A stretch of DNA of 28,091 nt from an uncultured virus (IMG/VR IMGVR_UViG_3300011855_000048) (Duplodnaviria > Heunggongvirae > Uroviricota > Caudoviricetes), in the IMG/VR virus record IMGVR_UViG_3300011855_000048, positions 62,001-90,091 of that record. One strand, 5' to 3'. Below the pieces are notes generated by a model. That model worked only from the letters and a program-made list of their open reading frames with translations, ran no database searches and was not told where the DNA came from. Both the position numbers and the translations under genes were made by a program. This document shows positions 1 to 9,440 of the stretch, one piece after another; position 1 is the first letter of the stretch, and each line of letters starts with the position of its first letter.

Positions 1-924
1 CGCCTGGTCGAGGCTCTGCTCAACGTTGGTCATCAACCGGGTCACGCCCGCGTCGGTCTGCGGGATTTTTGTCGTCGAGGTGTACAGCAGGTTATAGAGG
101 TTGGTCTGCACGTAGTTCTGCAGCCAGTCCAGGCCGTGGCGCTCGTCAAAGAAGTCGCCATTGCTCATCACGCCCTGCTGAATAATCGCGGTGTCGTTTG
201 CGTAATAGACGTAGACGTTGCCGTTGATGGTGTCGATAGCCGCTGCCTGCGATACCGTCAGCGTCTCATAGGTGACGCCTGGCTCCGCCTTGAACTTCAG
301 CGTGATGGTGGTGTTGCTGCCGTTGAAGTTGACGGTGAACGCCCGGCCAAACGCCGAAATCGCGGCGTACTTGCTGCTTGTGCTGTACTGCCAAAACGTG
401 CGCCCATATCCGGCCGCCTTCAGCTTATAGCCGAGGTTATCAGTATTGCCGGTCACCAGCACGTCAGGATCGGCAGTGGTCACCGCCAGGATACGGCTCA
501 GGCTCGACGCTTCGATCGCCGCGGCTACAGAAAGCACGTCCGCATCCACCAGCTCGGCGCTGTCAGCCAGCGCCAGGCCGTACCATTTGGTGTACTGCAA
601 CGCAGCATTGACCGCCTGCAGCGCAGTTTCCGGGTCGCCTGCTTCGGCGTTCGCCAGCGTTTTCGCCCAGCGGCCGATAAATACCTGAGTGGGCTTCGGC
701 GACTGCGAGAAAAATACCGTTGCCGCGGCATATTCGGGGCTGTCTACGCCGAAGTCCTCGCCGATATCTTCGAGCGCAGCATATTCACGGATGCGCTCAG
801 TCAACGGAATAACGGTCGACGTGCCCAGGATAAGCAGCGCGCCAAAATTGCGCCCCTGCGCCGCGACCGGCGACATGATGACGTCAACGTTCACGACGTT
901 TGAGACAGGTAAGCCCTGTGCCAT
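1..924 (-). CDS. Tail sheath protein (DUF3383-like), 3' end outside window
   Basis: Not in ORF track; my translation from ATG 924 gives [36 protein letters not shown]...; GGAG RBS; follows neck genes. Confidence 0.8.
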   Translation of the reverse strand, partial: MAQGLPVSNVVNVDVIMSPVAAQGRNFGALLILGTSTVIPLTERIREYAALEDIGEDFGVDSPEYAAATVFFSQSPKPTQVFIGRWAKTLANAEAGDPETALQAVNAALQYTKWYGLALADSAELVDADVLSVAAAIEASSLSRILAVTTADPDVLVTGNTDNLGYKLKAAGYGRTFWQYSTSSKYAAISAFGRAFTVNFNGSNTTITLKFKAEPGVTYETLTVSQAAAIDTINGNVYVYYANDTAIIQQGVMSNGDFFDERHGLDWLQNYVQTNLYNLLYTSTTKIPQTDAGVTRLMTNVEQSLDQA

Positions 925-927
925 AGG

Positions 928-1470
928 TTAATCTCCAAAATATTGAACTGGCGCGCTGGCCAGCGTTTTGATGCCGTATTCGCGGATGATTTTGCGGCGC
1001 AGGTCAACGCTCAGGTCGTAGCGGCGCACCCACTGGTTATTGATGAGTTCGGGCAGGTTGAGGATCCGCCCGTGCTGCATGAACGTCAGCCCGGTGCGGT
1101 TCAGCTCGTCGTTGTTCTGGGCCACCAGCATGCCGTCGCGGAATTGGGTGGCGGCTGCCAGACCTGAGGGGCCGTAGAAGCAGGTGATGATGCTGACGGT
1201 CTCATGCGACCACTGCTCCGCTGACTCAGCGCCCTGCAAGTAAGACGGGTTGAAGTCCTCCTGGATGCCGGTGATGCCAAATGCACACCATGTGACGCCG
1301 TTTTTGGGGATCGCTTGCTGCGGGTCAGTCCAGCGCGGGTAAACCAGTTTTGCCGGCAGCGCGGTCAGCCCCCGAATCCACCGGCTGATTTCCCGCTCAA
1401 GTTCCTCGTCGTACGCCGGGCCCGCCCCGGCGGGAGTCAGGTAGCCAGCCGATGTGCTGTCATTACTCAA
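928..1470 (-). CDS. Tail completion / neck terminator protein
   Basis: ORF 928..1551; likely TTG start at 1470 (MSNDSTSAGYLTP) overlapping the upstream stop; position just before sheath. Confidence 0.65.
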   Translation of the reverse strand: MSNDSTSAGYLTPAGAGPAYDEELEREISRWIRGLTALPAKLVYPRWTDPQQAIPKNGVTWCAFGITGIQEDFNPSYLQGAESAEQWSHETVSIITCFYGPSGLAAATQFRDGMLVAQNNDELNRTGLTFMQHGRILNLPELINNQWVRRYDLSVDLRRKIIREYGIKTLASAPVQYFGD

Positions 1471-1849
1471 CCGGGGTGCCTCCGTCAAATTCCAGCAGCT
1501 CGCAGTGCGCCTGCACGAAACCGGCGCCGTAGCTGACGTAGGGATCGACAAACGTCACGCGGTACTCGCGCCCGTTGTAGGTCACCGTGTCCGCATCGAG
1601 CCCCGGCTGGCCCTGCGTCAGCCTGAACGTGGTCACAATGAGGATCGCCCCGCCGATGTTCTGCCCGGCGGCCATCCGCTGCGCCTGCAGGGAGCGGTCT
1701 ACGGTCACCACACCTGAGAACGGAATGTCCTGCGGGGTGTTGATCGGGAAGTTATCCTCATCCACTGTCTGCACCTGCCGGTGACACACCAGCGTCGTGT
1801 CCATGAAATCGGGATCGAACAGGACTTCTGTCACGTCGAGCATCGGCAT
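1463..1849 (-). CDS. Head-tail adaptor / head closure protein
   Basis: 128 aa beta-rich ORF (ADTVTYNGREYRV), coupled to neighbours in neck module. Confidence 0.65.
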   Translation of the reverse strand: MPMLDVTEVLFDPDFMDTTLVCHRQVQTVDEDNFPINTPQDIPFSGVVTVDRSLQAQRMAAGQNIGGAILIVTTFRLTQGQPGLDADTVTYNGREYRVTFVDPYVSYGAGFVQAHCELLEFDGGTPVE

Positions 1850-2355
1850 TATTTTTTCCTCACCACGTAGTTGATGGACCGCAGCAGGTAGCCGTGGGCA
1901 TAGAGCGGCTTGTCGCCAGGGATGCCCTCGGCGCGCCGGCGCTCCAGCGTCTTCTCTGAGAGCGGGTGAAGGCGGTCACCGGCCCCGATAACTGCCTTTG
2001 CCGCGTCACGGGCAATCTGCCCTGCACTCTCCAGCTCAAGCAGTGCCGCATCGGTTTTCCCCTCAAGTGCGGCGGTGGCCGCCGCTTTCAGGTGCGCCGT
2101 GGTGCGCGGTTTCGAATCCTCGATACCCATCTCAAGAAACGGCCTGGGCGGCAGCGTCACCGTCTTCCCGTCGATCTCGACAGTAGCGCCGGTTGAGTGC
2201 AGGTAGCCCAGCTCTGCGTTATTCACCGGGCTGCCGTCCTCGCGCTGCGCCTTATCCGCCGGGATGCCAACCAGCACATCCATGCCGGAGAGCGCGCGCA
2301 GCGCCTCCAGCACGCTCTCGGCGTTGTCAGCGCGGATAGTCAGACCAGATTTCAT
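1849..2355 (-). CDS. Neck / virion morphogenesis protein
   Basis: VLVGIP...NAELGYLH...LPPRPFL...PLSEKT...KPL motifs typical of phage neck proteins. Confidence 0.7.
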   Translation of the reverse strand: MKSGLTIRADNAESVLEALRALSGMDVLVGIPADKAQREDGSPVNNAELGYLHSTGATVEIDGKTVTLPPRPFLEMGIEDSKPRTTAHLKAAATAALEGKTDAALLELESAGQIARDAAKAVIGAGDRLHPLSEKTLERRRAEGIPGDKPLYAHGYLLRSINYVVRKK

Positions 2356-2771
2356 ACGGGAACCCCTAACTGGATACCTCCAGCACCGAAAAGCAGAAGG
2401 TATTCCCAGAACTCTGAGCCATACCGGGAGTTGTTCCAGAAACCTGCGTTGGGATCCAGCGTCGCGCTGGCGTCGTAGCTCACTGAAACCTTGTCCACTG
2501 ATTTTGACGTTTCTACCCCGCTGTTGGCACCACCAGCAGCGCCCACAGTAACGCCACGCATATCGGCAGCGTAAAGGTACAGATAGTGCGCAACGTACAG
2601 CCCAGCCACGTAAGGGAAAATATCTTCACCAAAACGCGACTCACTCAGCAGGACATCAGCGAGAGCAAGCCTCGCCTGAATCATGGGGGTGGGGTATTTT
2701 GTTTCGTCAGCGAACTGCGGAAATGTGGCCCTGAACTGCTCAGGCGTCGGAAGACTTTTGTTTCTTGCCAT
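2352..2771 (-). CDS. Head-tail connector (DUF4054-like)
   Basis: Start at ATG 2771 ([20 protein letters not shown]); [12 protein letters not shown] and [11 protein letters not shown] motifs. Confidence 0.75.
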   Translation of the reverse strand: MARNKSLPTPEQFRATFPQFADETKYPTPMIQARLALADVLLSESRFGEDIFPYVAGLYVAHYLYLYAADMRGVTVGAAGGANSGVETSKSVDKVSVSYDASATLDPNAGFWNNSRYGSEFWEYLLLFGAGGIQLGVPV

Positions 2772-3024
2772 TGTTGCCAGCCTCCGCGATCTGCGCTTCG
2801 AGTTCAGCGATACGCTCTTCCTTCTCAGCCAGTTGCGCTTCGAGTTCAGCGATACGCGGGTCAACCTCAGGCTGAGGCGCTTCACCGTCCGGTGAGCAAT
2901 GCGCCTTCACGAACCAGTGATCGGCAACTTCAGCATCAACCTCATGGAGTCCCTGGTTAAACTCCTTGATGCTTGCGCCGTCGTTAAAGTTAAACTTCGC
3001 CAGCACATAGATTTTTTTCTTCAT
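2740..3024 (-). CDS. Small capsid-adjacent protein with coiled-coil tail
   Basis: ATG 3024 after GAGG RBS ([11 protein letters not shown]...HWFVKAH); RIAELEAQ repeated twice. Confidence 0.7.
   Translation of the reverse strand: MKKKIYVLAKFNFNDGASIKEFNQGLHEVDAEVADHWFVKAHCSPDGEAPQPEVDPRIAELEAQLAEKEERIAELEAQIAEAGNNGKKQKSSDA
2792..2857. repeat. 24-bp perfect direct repeat, 42-bp period
   Basis: TGCGCTTCGAGTTCAGCGATACGC at 2792-2815 and 2834-2857. Confidence 0.9.
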
Positions 3025-3042
3025 AGCGGTTCCTCGGAATGA

Positions 3043-3060
3043 GGCCCCGTTTCCGGGGCC
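3043..3060 (-). terminator. GC-rich GAAA-tetraloop hairpin after capsid gene (attenuator or mRNA stabiliser)
   Basis: Minus strand GGCCCCG-GAAA-CGGGGCC; no clear U-tract. Confidence 0.55.
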
Positions 3061-3067
3061 CTTCGGC

Positions 3068-4009
3068 TTAAATGCCATCCATGTAGTTAAGAGTCTCCGG
3101 GTAAACCGGCTCGATCGCGCCGAGCTTCCCGAAATAGGTCACCAACTGATAGATGCCCCGATACTGAATCGGGACACTTTGCAGCGGCACCATCGGGAAG
3201 CGGACGAACTTTTTATCGTTCGTATAGGCCGCCATGCGATCCTTGCCGGCGGCGCCGCGACCAATAGCCCACTTAACGGGACGAATGTTCAGCGGCTTGC
3301 CATTCTGATGGAATGCGATGGTGTTGGTTTCGAGATAGGTCAGCAGTGACTGGTTACCCGCAGAAGAAACGATGGTGCTCGCCAGGAAGGAATACTGCTC
3401 CGGCGGGATCAGTAGATCCTCTGGCACCTTCGAGTAGGCGGAACGCGCCCAGGCATTGCTCAGCACCTGGTTAATGCTGTCGCGAATTTCATCAGGAGAT
3501 GAAGTAGCCCAGGCTTTAGCGGCATTGGTCGGCGCTACCTGCGACAAGTTCAGCAGCCCTTTAGCTCCGAGGCCGCCGTCACCGATGTATACCTGCTCGT
3601 CGGTGTCCATGTTCCACTTCAGCTGCATGCCGTCATACTTCTGCGTGTCGATCGGGCGACCTACCTGAGCAGCAGCGGCGAGTTCAGGAATGGTCCAGCC
3701 AAGCTCCATGCCCCAAAACGTCAGCGGGAATCCCTTTTTGTCGATATCAACATCGACACCAGCCATCGCCGTCGCGCGCGGGCTGATCCAGTTTTTGCCG
3801 TTCGAATTAGGCGTACCGGCTGCGGAAAACTTGGTGTTGGTAAAGGAGCTGATTTCGTCTGCGATAGAGACATCCTCGCGCAGCTGAACGTCCCGGCTCC
3901 AGGTTTGGGAGGTCAGGGGCAGGTTCAGCGTTTGATCGAGGCGTTCCAGCTCATGAATGAGAAAGGCACCAGTGCTGTCGACTGTTGCCTGGTCAAAGGT
4001 CATTGGCAT
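3068..4009 (-). CDS. Major capsid protein (DUF2184-like)
   Basis: ATG 4009 (MPMTFDQ) after [17 protein letters not shown]...GRPIDTQK and [10 protein letters not shown] motifs; follows protease and decoration genes. Confidence 0.88.
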   Translation of the reverse strand: MPMTFDQATVDSTGAFLIHELERLDQTLNLPLTSQTWSRDVQLREDVSIADEISSFTNTKFSAAGTPNSNGKNWISPRATAMAGVDVDIDKKGFPLTFWGMELGWTIPELAAAAQVGRPIDTQKYDGMQLKWNMDTDEQVYIGDGGLGAKGLLNLSQVAPTNAAKAWATSSPDEIRDSINQVLSNAWARSAYSKVPEDLLIPPEQYSFLASTIVSSAGNQSLLTYLETNTIAFHQNGKPLNIRPVKWAIGRGAAGKDRMAAYTNDKKFVRFPMVPLQSVPIQYRGIYQLVTYFGKLGAIEPVYPETLNYMDGI

Positions 4010-4019
4010 TTGCGAATCC

Positions 4020-4514
4020 TTAAATGTTGAAGGCCAGCTCAATGTTGCCGCTCGCATCGCCAGGGCCATTGAAGTAAGCGTTTGTTACCTGCACAGTGTT
4101 TTCACCGTCGGCGGCGGCCAGGAATGAACCTAGCGGGCTATTTGCGCTCGCATTATCGACGCGCATATACACCGGTGCGCTGAGAGCCACACCAGAGGCG
4201 TCGCCGCCGATGTTTACGGATACGTATCCGCGCTTCAGGCAATCGCCGGTAAAGCTGTAGCCGCTGCCAATCTGGCGGACCTTATCCGGCTGTGAGGCCG
4301 TCGGATAAGGTCGGACGAAGATGCCCGCCAGCACCGTAACGGCGTCAGCCGCTTCAATCGGGACAAACTTACCCGAAGAGATTTTCCCGGCCAGGCCGTA
4401 CGCCGGGAACACCTTCGCACTGTCCAGCATCTGCGGTTCTACAGTCAGGTCCTGAGGACGAGTAATAGCCCCGGCAATGCCCGCAGGCATCCGGAAGAGG
4501 ATCGTGTTATCCAT
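4020..4514 (-). CDS. Capsid decoration / cement protein
   Basis: 164 aa between protease and capsid; RMPAGIAG, GIFVRPYP, ELAFNI motifs. Confidence 0.7.
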   Translation of the reverse strand: MDNTILFRMPAGIAGAITRPQDLTVEPQMLDSAKVFPAYGLAGKISSGKFVPIEAADAVTVLAGIFVRPYPTASQPDKVRQIGSGYSFTGDCLKRGYVSVNIGGDASGVALSAPVYMRVDNASANSPLGSFLAAADGENTVQVTNAYFNGPGDASGNIELAFNI

Positions 4515-4524
4515 TTTTGCCCCG

Positions 4525-5724
4525 TTAGCGTTTAGCCCAGATTTCCTTCGCGGCAGCGTTAATCTCCGCGATAGTCCTGGTCGTTGTGGTGGTCATTGAG
4601 CGGAAACTGTCGTTAGTTTTCGCCGCTGTATTGCGGTTTTTAGCCAGCTCTGACACAGCGTTAAACGCCATGTCTACGGTGGCTTTTTTCAGGCGGGTAA
4701 TGTCGGCATCACCGACTACAGCTCGAACGAGCTGCTGATCTGCTGCCGAGAGCACCTGACGTTTGAACACCGTCAGCTTCGCTTTCACCGGCAGTTGAAT
4801 GCCTGGCTGAATCAGATCGGCACGATAAGCGGCATCGCCAGTTACGGCGCCCTCTTCTTCGTCTTTTTCCTCTTCATCCTCGTCACCAGTCGCCGGCGCT
4901 GCAGGTGTGAGTTTTGCCACCGCCTCAATCAGCGCCTTGCCCCAGGCGGGGATCTCTTCTTCTGAATCCGTCGTGACGGGAAGCGTTGGCGCAGGCATAG
5001 GCCCTTGCGGTGAAAGATTAATGACCACACCGCCCGGCGTCAGGGAGGTAGTTACGTCATCATCGTCGCCAGTCATGTTGCCCGGCGGGTTGTCGATAAG
5101 ATTCGCCATTTCGGCGGCATCGTTGGTTTTACGGGCCTTCAACAGCCGGGTAAACCAGTTTTTAGTAGTGCTCGGCATAGCGTCTCCCAATGCACAACGT
5201 GAACCAGCCCGCCCGTTAGGGACAAAGGCCAGATGATTACCGGTTATCGCGTACTGCTCTGCGATGCCCGGCGAGATTTGTCGGTAGTCTGCGTCATAAC
5301 CGCAGCTCACCTCGTCGTCGCCGTTCTCCACCGCCTGAATGGCCTCAGGCGTTTTGGCAATGACGTCCGCCAACAGCAGGTCTGATTTATCACCTGCGCC
5401 ACGGCGAACGTTCTGGATGTGCCCGTTAGAGAGCTGCCGCCAGTTTTCTGGCGTGACGAAGATGATGTTTCCGCTGAAGTCTTTGGGGTGGCCTATCGTG
5501 ACGGCCATACCCTCAAACGATGCGATCGTGCGCTCACTGAAAACCTCTTCAGGCGTGCGCCGTACGGTTATGAGTCCGTGGCTGTCAGGCTGCAGGTCCG
5601 GCAGCTCCTCAGCGCCATATACCTGCTCACCAGTGCGGCCAATCGGTACATCCTTGAAAAGCACCGAGCCGTCAGCAAGCTGATAGCGGGTGTTGCCCAG
5701 GCGGGTTTTGAAGAAATATTTCAT
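4525..5724 (-). CDS. Prohead protease / scaffold (DUF2213-like)
   Basis: [37 protein letters not shown] motifs; acidic C-terminal scaffold region. Confidence 0.85.
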   Translation of the reverse strand: MKYFFKTRLGNTRYQLADGSVLFKDVPIGRTGEQVYGAEELPDLQPDSHGLITVRRTPEEVFSERTIASFEGMAVTIGHPKDFSGNIIFVTPENWRQLSNGHIQNVRRGAGDKSDLLLADVIAKTPEAIQAVENGDDEVSCGYDADYRQISPGIAEQYAITGNHLAFVPNGRAGSRCALGDAMPSTTKNWFTRLLKARKTNDAAEMANLIDNPPGNMTGDDDDVTTSLTPGGVVINLSPQGPMPAPTLPVTTDSEEEIPAWGKALIEAVAKLTPAAPATGDEDEEEKDEEEGAVTGDAAYRADLIQPGIQLPVKAKLTVFKRQVLSAADQQLVRAVVGDADITRLKKATVDMAFNAVSELAKNRNTAAKTNDSFRSMTTTTTRTIAEINAAAKEIWAKR

Positions 5725-5749
5725 TGTCTACCTGCTGAATTGCGGGCAT

Positions 5750-5774
5750 TAAAAAGGCCGCTCTGTAGCGACCG
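5750..5774 (-). terminator. Intrinsic terminator
   Basis: Minus strand GGTCGCT-ACAG-AGCGGCC-TTTTT. Confidence 0.7.
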
Positions 5775-6527
5775 TTATTTTCGTGGTTCAGGGATCTGCA
5801 CTTCCGACCAGCACTTGCAGTTCGGCAGGCATCCAGCATGGCCAGTCATGCCGTCAAGTGTTGGTGGGTTATCCCAGCGCACGAATTTATTGCGCATTTT
5901 GTAGTGGGAATCTCGGGTGCCAGCGCCCTCGATGCGCCACCAGTAGCCCTCGGAGCCTACCGCCAGCGCGCGGGCTTCCGTCAGCGCCCCAGTAGCGCGG
6001 CCAATCTCCGTTCTGGCTATCAGCTGTGCCCTACTGGCGGCTACGTCGCCGGACTGCATAATCATTTCGTAGAGCTGGTCGGGGCGCTCGCCATTGATAA
6101 CCGCCTCCATCGCGCGGGACTGGATATCCCGAACGCGATCGGCGGCCTCCAGCGGGAGCGACTTCATCAGTTGGACCTGGCGATGAACGATATCCTGCGC
6201 CACGGCGCCGACGGGAGTGTTTCCCACCACGTCGCGCAGGCCGGCGGCTATTTCCTCAGATACGGACCGCCACTGGTTCCACTCCTCGCGCTCAACCTGC
6301 TCAAACATCCGCTGACCGACTTTCTCCGCCCATGAGCTGATTACCTCCGAATAGTCCACCAGCACGCTGGCGGCCTCGTCAGCGCTTGCCTGTGAACCAT
6401 CGTAGGATCCCGCCACGATTTCGCCGATCTGGTTGGCTATCGCCAGTAGGCTCTTTCGGTACTGAGCTTCCGAACGGCGGCGGAGGCTCGGTTTCAGATT
6501 CAGTCTCCTCCCACTGGGTCTTCGCAT
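5775..6527 (-). CDS. Minor head protein (Mu gpF / SPP1 gp7 family)
   Basis: RAQLIARTE, TRDSH, HAGCLPNCKC motifs; GAGG RBS before ATG 6527. Confidence 0.88.
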   Translation of the reverse strand: MRRPSGRRLNLKPSLRRRSEAQYRKSLLAIANQIGEIVAGSYDGSQASADEAASVLVDYSEVISSWAEKVGQRMFEQVEREEWNQWRSVSEEIAAGLRDVVGNTPVGAVAQDIVHRQVQLMKSLPLEAADRVRDIQSRAMEAVINGERPDQLYEMIMQSGDVAASRAQLIARTEIGRATGALTEARALAVGSEGYWWRIEGAGTRDSHYKMRNKFVRWDNPPTLDGMTGHAGCLPNCKCWSEVQIPEPRK

Positions 6528-7830
6528 CTTTTATGTCCTCATCGGAGATACTGGCTCCTATACCGGTCACGTCAGCCATTTCGCGTAAATCAGTCAGCGC
6601 CGCTGCGGGAGACATTCCCAGCTCACGAACCGCGGTCGCCAGTGCGCTGGTGGTGTTCGTTGCGACCGTAGATCGGTCAACGTCACTCATCTGCCAGAGC
6701 GGATTGAACTCGAAGGTAAAATCCTCCGGGAGCGGTTCGCCAAACTCGGAGCGATGCAGCACGTCGAAAAGTAGTCGGACGTGCGGGCGGAGATCCCGCT
6801 CCTGCTGGGTGCCCACGTCGCCGTAGTAATTCGCAAGGTCAGAATCGCCGGTCGAGAAACCCTTGGGGGACTGGCGGAACATCCGGACCAGAGGGATCCC
6901 CACGGCGCCAGCAATATCCTCTTTAAACTCACTGAGCAGATCAGAGAGGCCCGCGAACGAGTAGGAGTGGGTTTCGAACTCGTCCTCAGCATCGAACAGG
7001 GACATGCCCTCGTTGGTCTGAAACTGGCGCACCATATCCATCTGCTTGACGAGCGCCTCAAATGGCTTGCCGCCCATAGCAATGATTTCGCGCAGCTTCT
7101 TGATTTTCGCCGTCCGGAGGTGTGCCTTATAGGCCAACTGCGCGGCACCGACGCTTGTGCTGTCGTAGGACGTCAGGCGGTCGAAAATGCGTTCAACGAC
7201 GGACATGCCCCACTCGTTTTCTGTCACCTTCTGCTGGTGCGGCAGCTTTACGCCATCCATGCGGATCAGCCGGCTGTGGTGCAGGGTCCAGGCAGGCAAC
7301 CCCTGGGCCGTCGTCACGATGTCGTAGAACTCCGGCTTGCCGAGGTTAGGACCTAGCGTTTTAATGCGGCGCGTCAGCTGCGGATTGAGCATCCAGCGGT
7401 CGAGAACTGCCAGCCCCTTAAAGCTCCCCTTACCCACTTTGTCCAGCATCAGTGGCGTCAGCGGTGCCTGGCCTTCAATCAGAATCAGCGCTCCGGCGCT
7501 GCCGTAGAGGCGGGACCACTTCAGCGACTCGTTGAGACCTTCCCACAGCTGAAGCTCTTCGAACTTTGACTCAAGGATTCCCCGGCGTTTAGGGTCGATC
7601 TCGCTGGTGATGCGTACGCCTTTTTTGGTCATATCGTCGGCGATGGCATCCACGGCCACGCCAATTATCCAGGATGAGCGATACGCCCACTCGATAAGCA
7701 GCCGGTTTCGGCTGGTGTAATTTGCCCGGTATGTGGACGCGGCGTGCTGGTTGGGCTGCTGCATTCCGACGCGGGCAACGAAGTTATCGTATGAGTCAGC
7801 AGTAGCGACTTTTTGCTTTCGTGACATCAC
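6379..7830 (-). CDS. Portal protein (DUF1073-like)
   Basis: About 483 aa downstream of terL; YRSSWI...DDMTKKG, WSRLYG, GIPLVRMF, FEFNPLWQMS motifs. Confidence 0.85.
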   Translation of the reverse strand: MMSRKQKVATADSYDNFVARVGMQQPNQHAASTYRANYTSRNRLLIEWAYRSSWIIGVAVDAIADDMTKKGVRITSEIDPKRRGILESKFEELQLWEGLNESLKWSRLYGSAGALILIEGQAPLTPLMLDKVGKGSFKGLAVLDRWMLNPQLTRRIKTLGPNLGKPEFYDIVTTAQGLPAWTLHHSRLIRMDGVKLPHQQKVTENEWGMSVVERIFDRLTSYDSTSVGAAQLAYKAHLRTAKIKKLREIIAMGGKPFEALVKQMDMVRQFQTNEGMSLFDAEDEFETHSYSFAGLSDLLSEFKEDIAGAVGIPLVRMFRQSPKGFSTGDSDLANYYGDVGTQQERDLRPHVRLLFDVLHRSEFGEPLPEDFTFEFNPLWQMSDVDRSTVATNTTSALATAVRELGMSPAAALTDLREMADVTGIGASISDEDIKDAKTQWEETESETEPPPPFGSSVPKEPTGDSQPDRRNRGGILRWFTGKR

Positions 7831-7867
7831 TGACCCCTGCAGAGAAAATTTGAGAAAAAACGGCCCG

Positions 7868-7895
7868 ATTTAACATAATGGTCCTTATGCGCCCT
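7868..7895 (-). other. XerC/XerD recombination core site (dif/psi-like)
   Basis: Minus strand AGGGCGCATAA-GGACCA-TTATGTTAAAT; XerD arm identical to E. coli dif, XerC arm 9/11, 6-bp spacer. Confidence 0.88.
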
Positions 7896-8039
7896 GGCCG
7901 GAGAGCACTCGCCGGCCATACCGCGTGAAAGGCCTGTTTTCATCAGGAAACCAGTAAAAAACGGGTGAATAAAACGTGCATAAACAGGGCCGAAAAATGA
8001 ATAGTGCGTTTTTAGCCTGAATCGGCTGTTTCCGACGAT

Positions 8040-9440
8040 TTAGGCGCGGCCCAGCGCCTCCCAGATATCCAGGGCGGAATCTGTCGGAGCGAACGCCATG
8101 ATGAATGCATCGGCCACGTTCGGCGACGGCACATCGCGCTTCGCCAGGTCCTTTTTACTTTCGACCATCACGCGCCCGTTCTTGTCAAAGTCGCGGTGCG
8201 GTGTAGTCAGCTCCAGCTTGAGCTTTTCCAGCAGCGGGCAGGATGAGTCGATGCTTATCAGCTCGTCGACGGCGTACTGCTCACCGTTATTGATGGCGTT
8301 GAATGTGTTCCGAAAGCGATCCGCCACCAGCCACCAGGCCTGCGCCTTCAGGTTGGCGAAAAAGTCTTTGTTCGGAATATCGTTGTACTCGTTGTCCGGC
8401 TCATGAACAGCGGCACCAGCATTGAATCGCTGATAATTCACCCGGCGGGAGTGAGCGTTCTCCCGGCGCCGGTCCTCATTTATCTCCGAGAACTTGGCGC
8501 CTGCCGACGCCCCCACACCGATCGAGTCGTAGACGATATCCGCGTCGCGCTCCATCGCAGCCTGGTAGGTGCGCTGGCAGCTTTTCAGCAACTCGTCCTC
8601 TTTGGCCTTCCACTCATCCGCCCAGTAGACGACAGAGCCGTGCCGGTAGACGTTGGCGCATTTGTCGGCGCCACTGTCGGCGACGTCGAAACCAAGGCGC
8701 TTGCGGCCGCTGGGATCGAAGTTCAGCTTTTTGTGGGCATCCACCGCCGCCTCTATCCACGACAGCTTGATGATTGCCGCGTCATCGTCTGACTCCGGTA
8801 CGCCCTCATAGACGTGCTTAAAGCCGTCGGGGTCGCGGCGCCGGGCAGCGTCGATCACCTTCAGCATGGTGTCGGACAGAAACGGGTTTTCGTCGTAGTT
8901 GATTTTGCGAATCAGCGTGTCTTCCGGCGGGTCCACAACGAAGTTTCGCCAGACGAAATCGGTCACCAGGCCGGGGTTAAAGATGAACCAGCACTCTGAT
9001 CCTGCTTTACGGATGGTCGGTTCGAGAATCTTCCACTGGTACTCCGTCAGCGCGTGGGCCTCTTCGAGCCAGAGTACGCTGATACCCTCCAGCGATTTTA
9101 TCTCCTCGATATTGCGCCAGAGGCCATAGAAAACGAACTCGGAGCCGGTCACCCGGTTAATGATTTTGTTGTTCAGGATGCGGAATCTGTGCCGCAGGCC
9201 GAACCGGTCAATCTGGATTTTGAGCAGCGTGTAAACCGACTCCTCAATTTTGTTCTGGATTTGACGCGCGCAGCAGAAGCGCAAGGTGTACTTATTTGAC
9301 AGGAATATCGCAATCCCGGCGGCGTCCCACGACTTCGAAGAAGACCGGCCACCGAACAGGATTTTATTACGCGCCTGTGTCGTCCAGAAGTTCCGCAGGA
9401 CCGGATTCAGTGTCGGCCTGGAGGTCAGAGTAGAAGTCAT
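8040..9440 (-). CDS. terL: Terminase large subunit (PBSX-like, probably headful)
   Basis: Walker A GGRSSSKS, Walker B LWLEEA, FNP motif, nuclease GFDVA and SPNVADA; ATG 9440 with GGAG RBS. Confidence 0.93.
   Translation of the reverse strand: MTSTLTSRPTLNPVLRNFWTTQARNKILFGGRSSSKSWDAAGIAIFLSNKYTLRFCCARQIQNKIEESVYTLLKIQIDRFGLRHRFRILNNKIINRVTGSEFVFYGLWRNIEEIKSLEGISVLWLEEAHALTEYQWKILEPTIRKAGSECWFIFNPGLVTDFVWRNFVVDPPEDTLIRKINYDENPFLSDTMLKVIDAARRRDPDGFKHVYEGVPESDDDAAIIKLSWIEAAVDAHKKLNFDPSGRKRLGFDVADSGADKCANVYRHGSVVYWADEWKAKEDELLKSCQRTYQAAMERDADIVYDSIGVGASAGAKFSEINEDRRRENAHSRRVNYQRFNAGAAVHEPDNEYNDIPNKDFFANLKAQAWWLVADRFRNTFNAINNGEQYAVDELISIDSSCPLLEKLKLELTTPHRDFDKNGRVMVESKKDLAKRDVPSPNVADAFIMAFAPTDSALDIWEALGRA

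Noticed and set aside
136..903. 255-aa plus-strand ORF and the many other plus-strand ORFs over 1-20600
   Set aside because: Antisense shadows of GC-rich minus-strand genes; no RBS, no motifs
2792..2857. 24-bp direct repeat as a regulatory or recombination site
   Set aside because: In-frame 42-bp period is explained by a duplicated coiled-coil segment
6500..6540. Programmed frameshift fusing portal to minor head protein
   Set aside because: Would need a +1 shift; no convincing slippery site, and the downstream gene has its own RBS and ATG
7868..7895. Xer site as the chromosomal dif or the prophage attachment site
   Set aside because: Spacer differs from dif, both flanks are contiguous phage head genes, and no second copy was seen in the window
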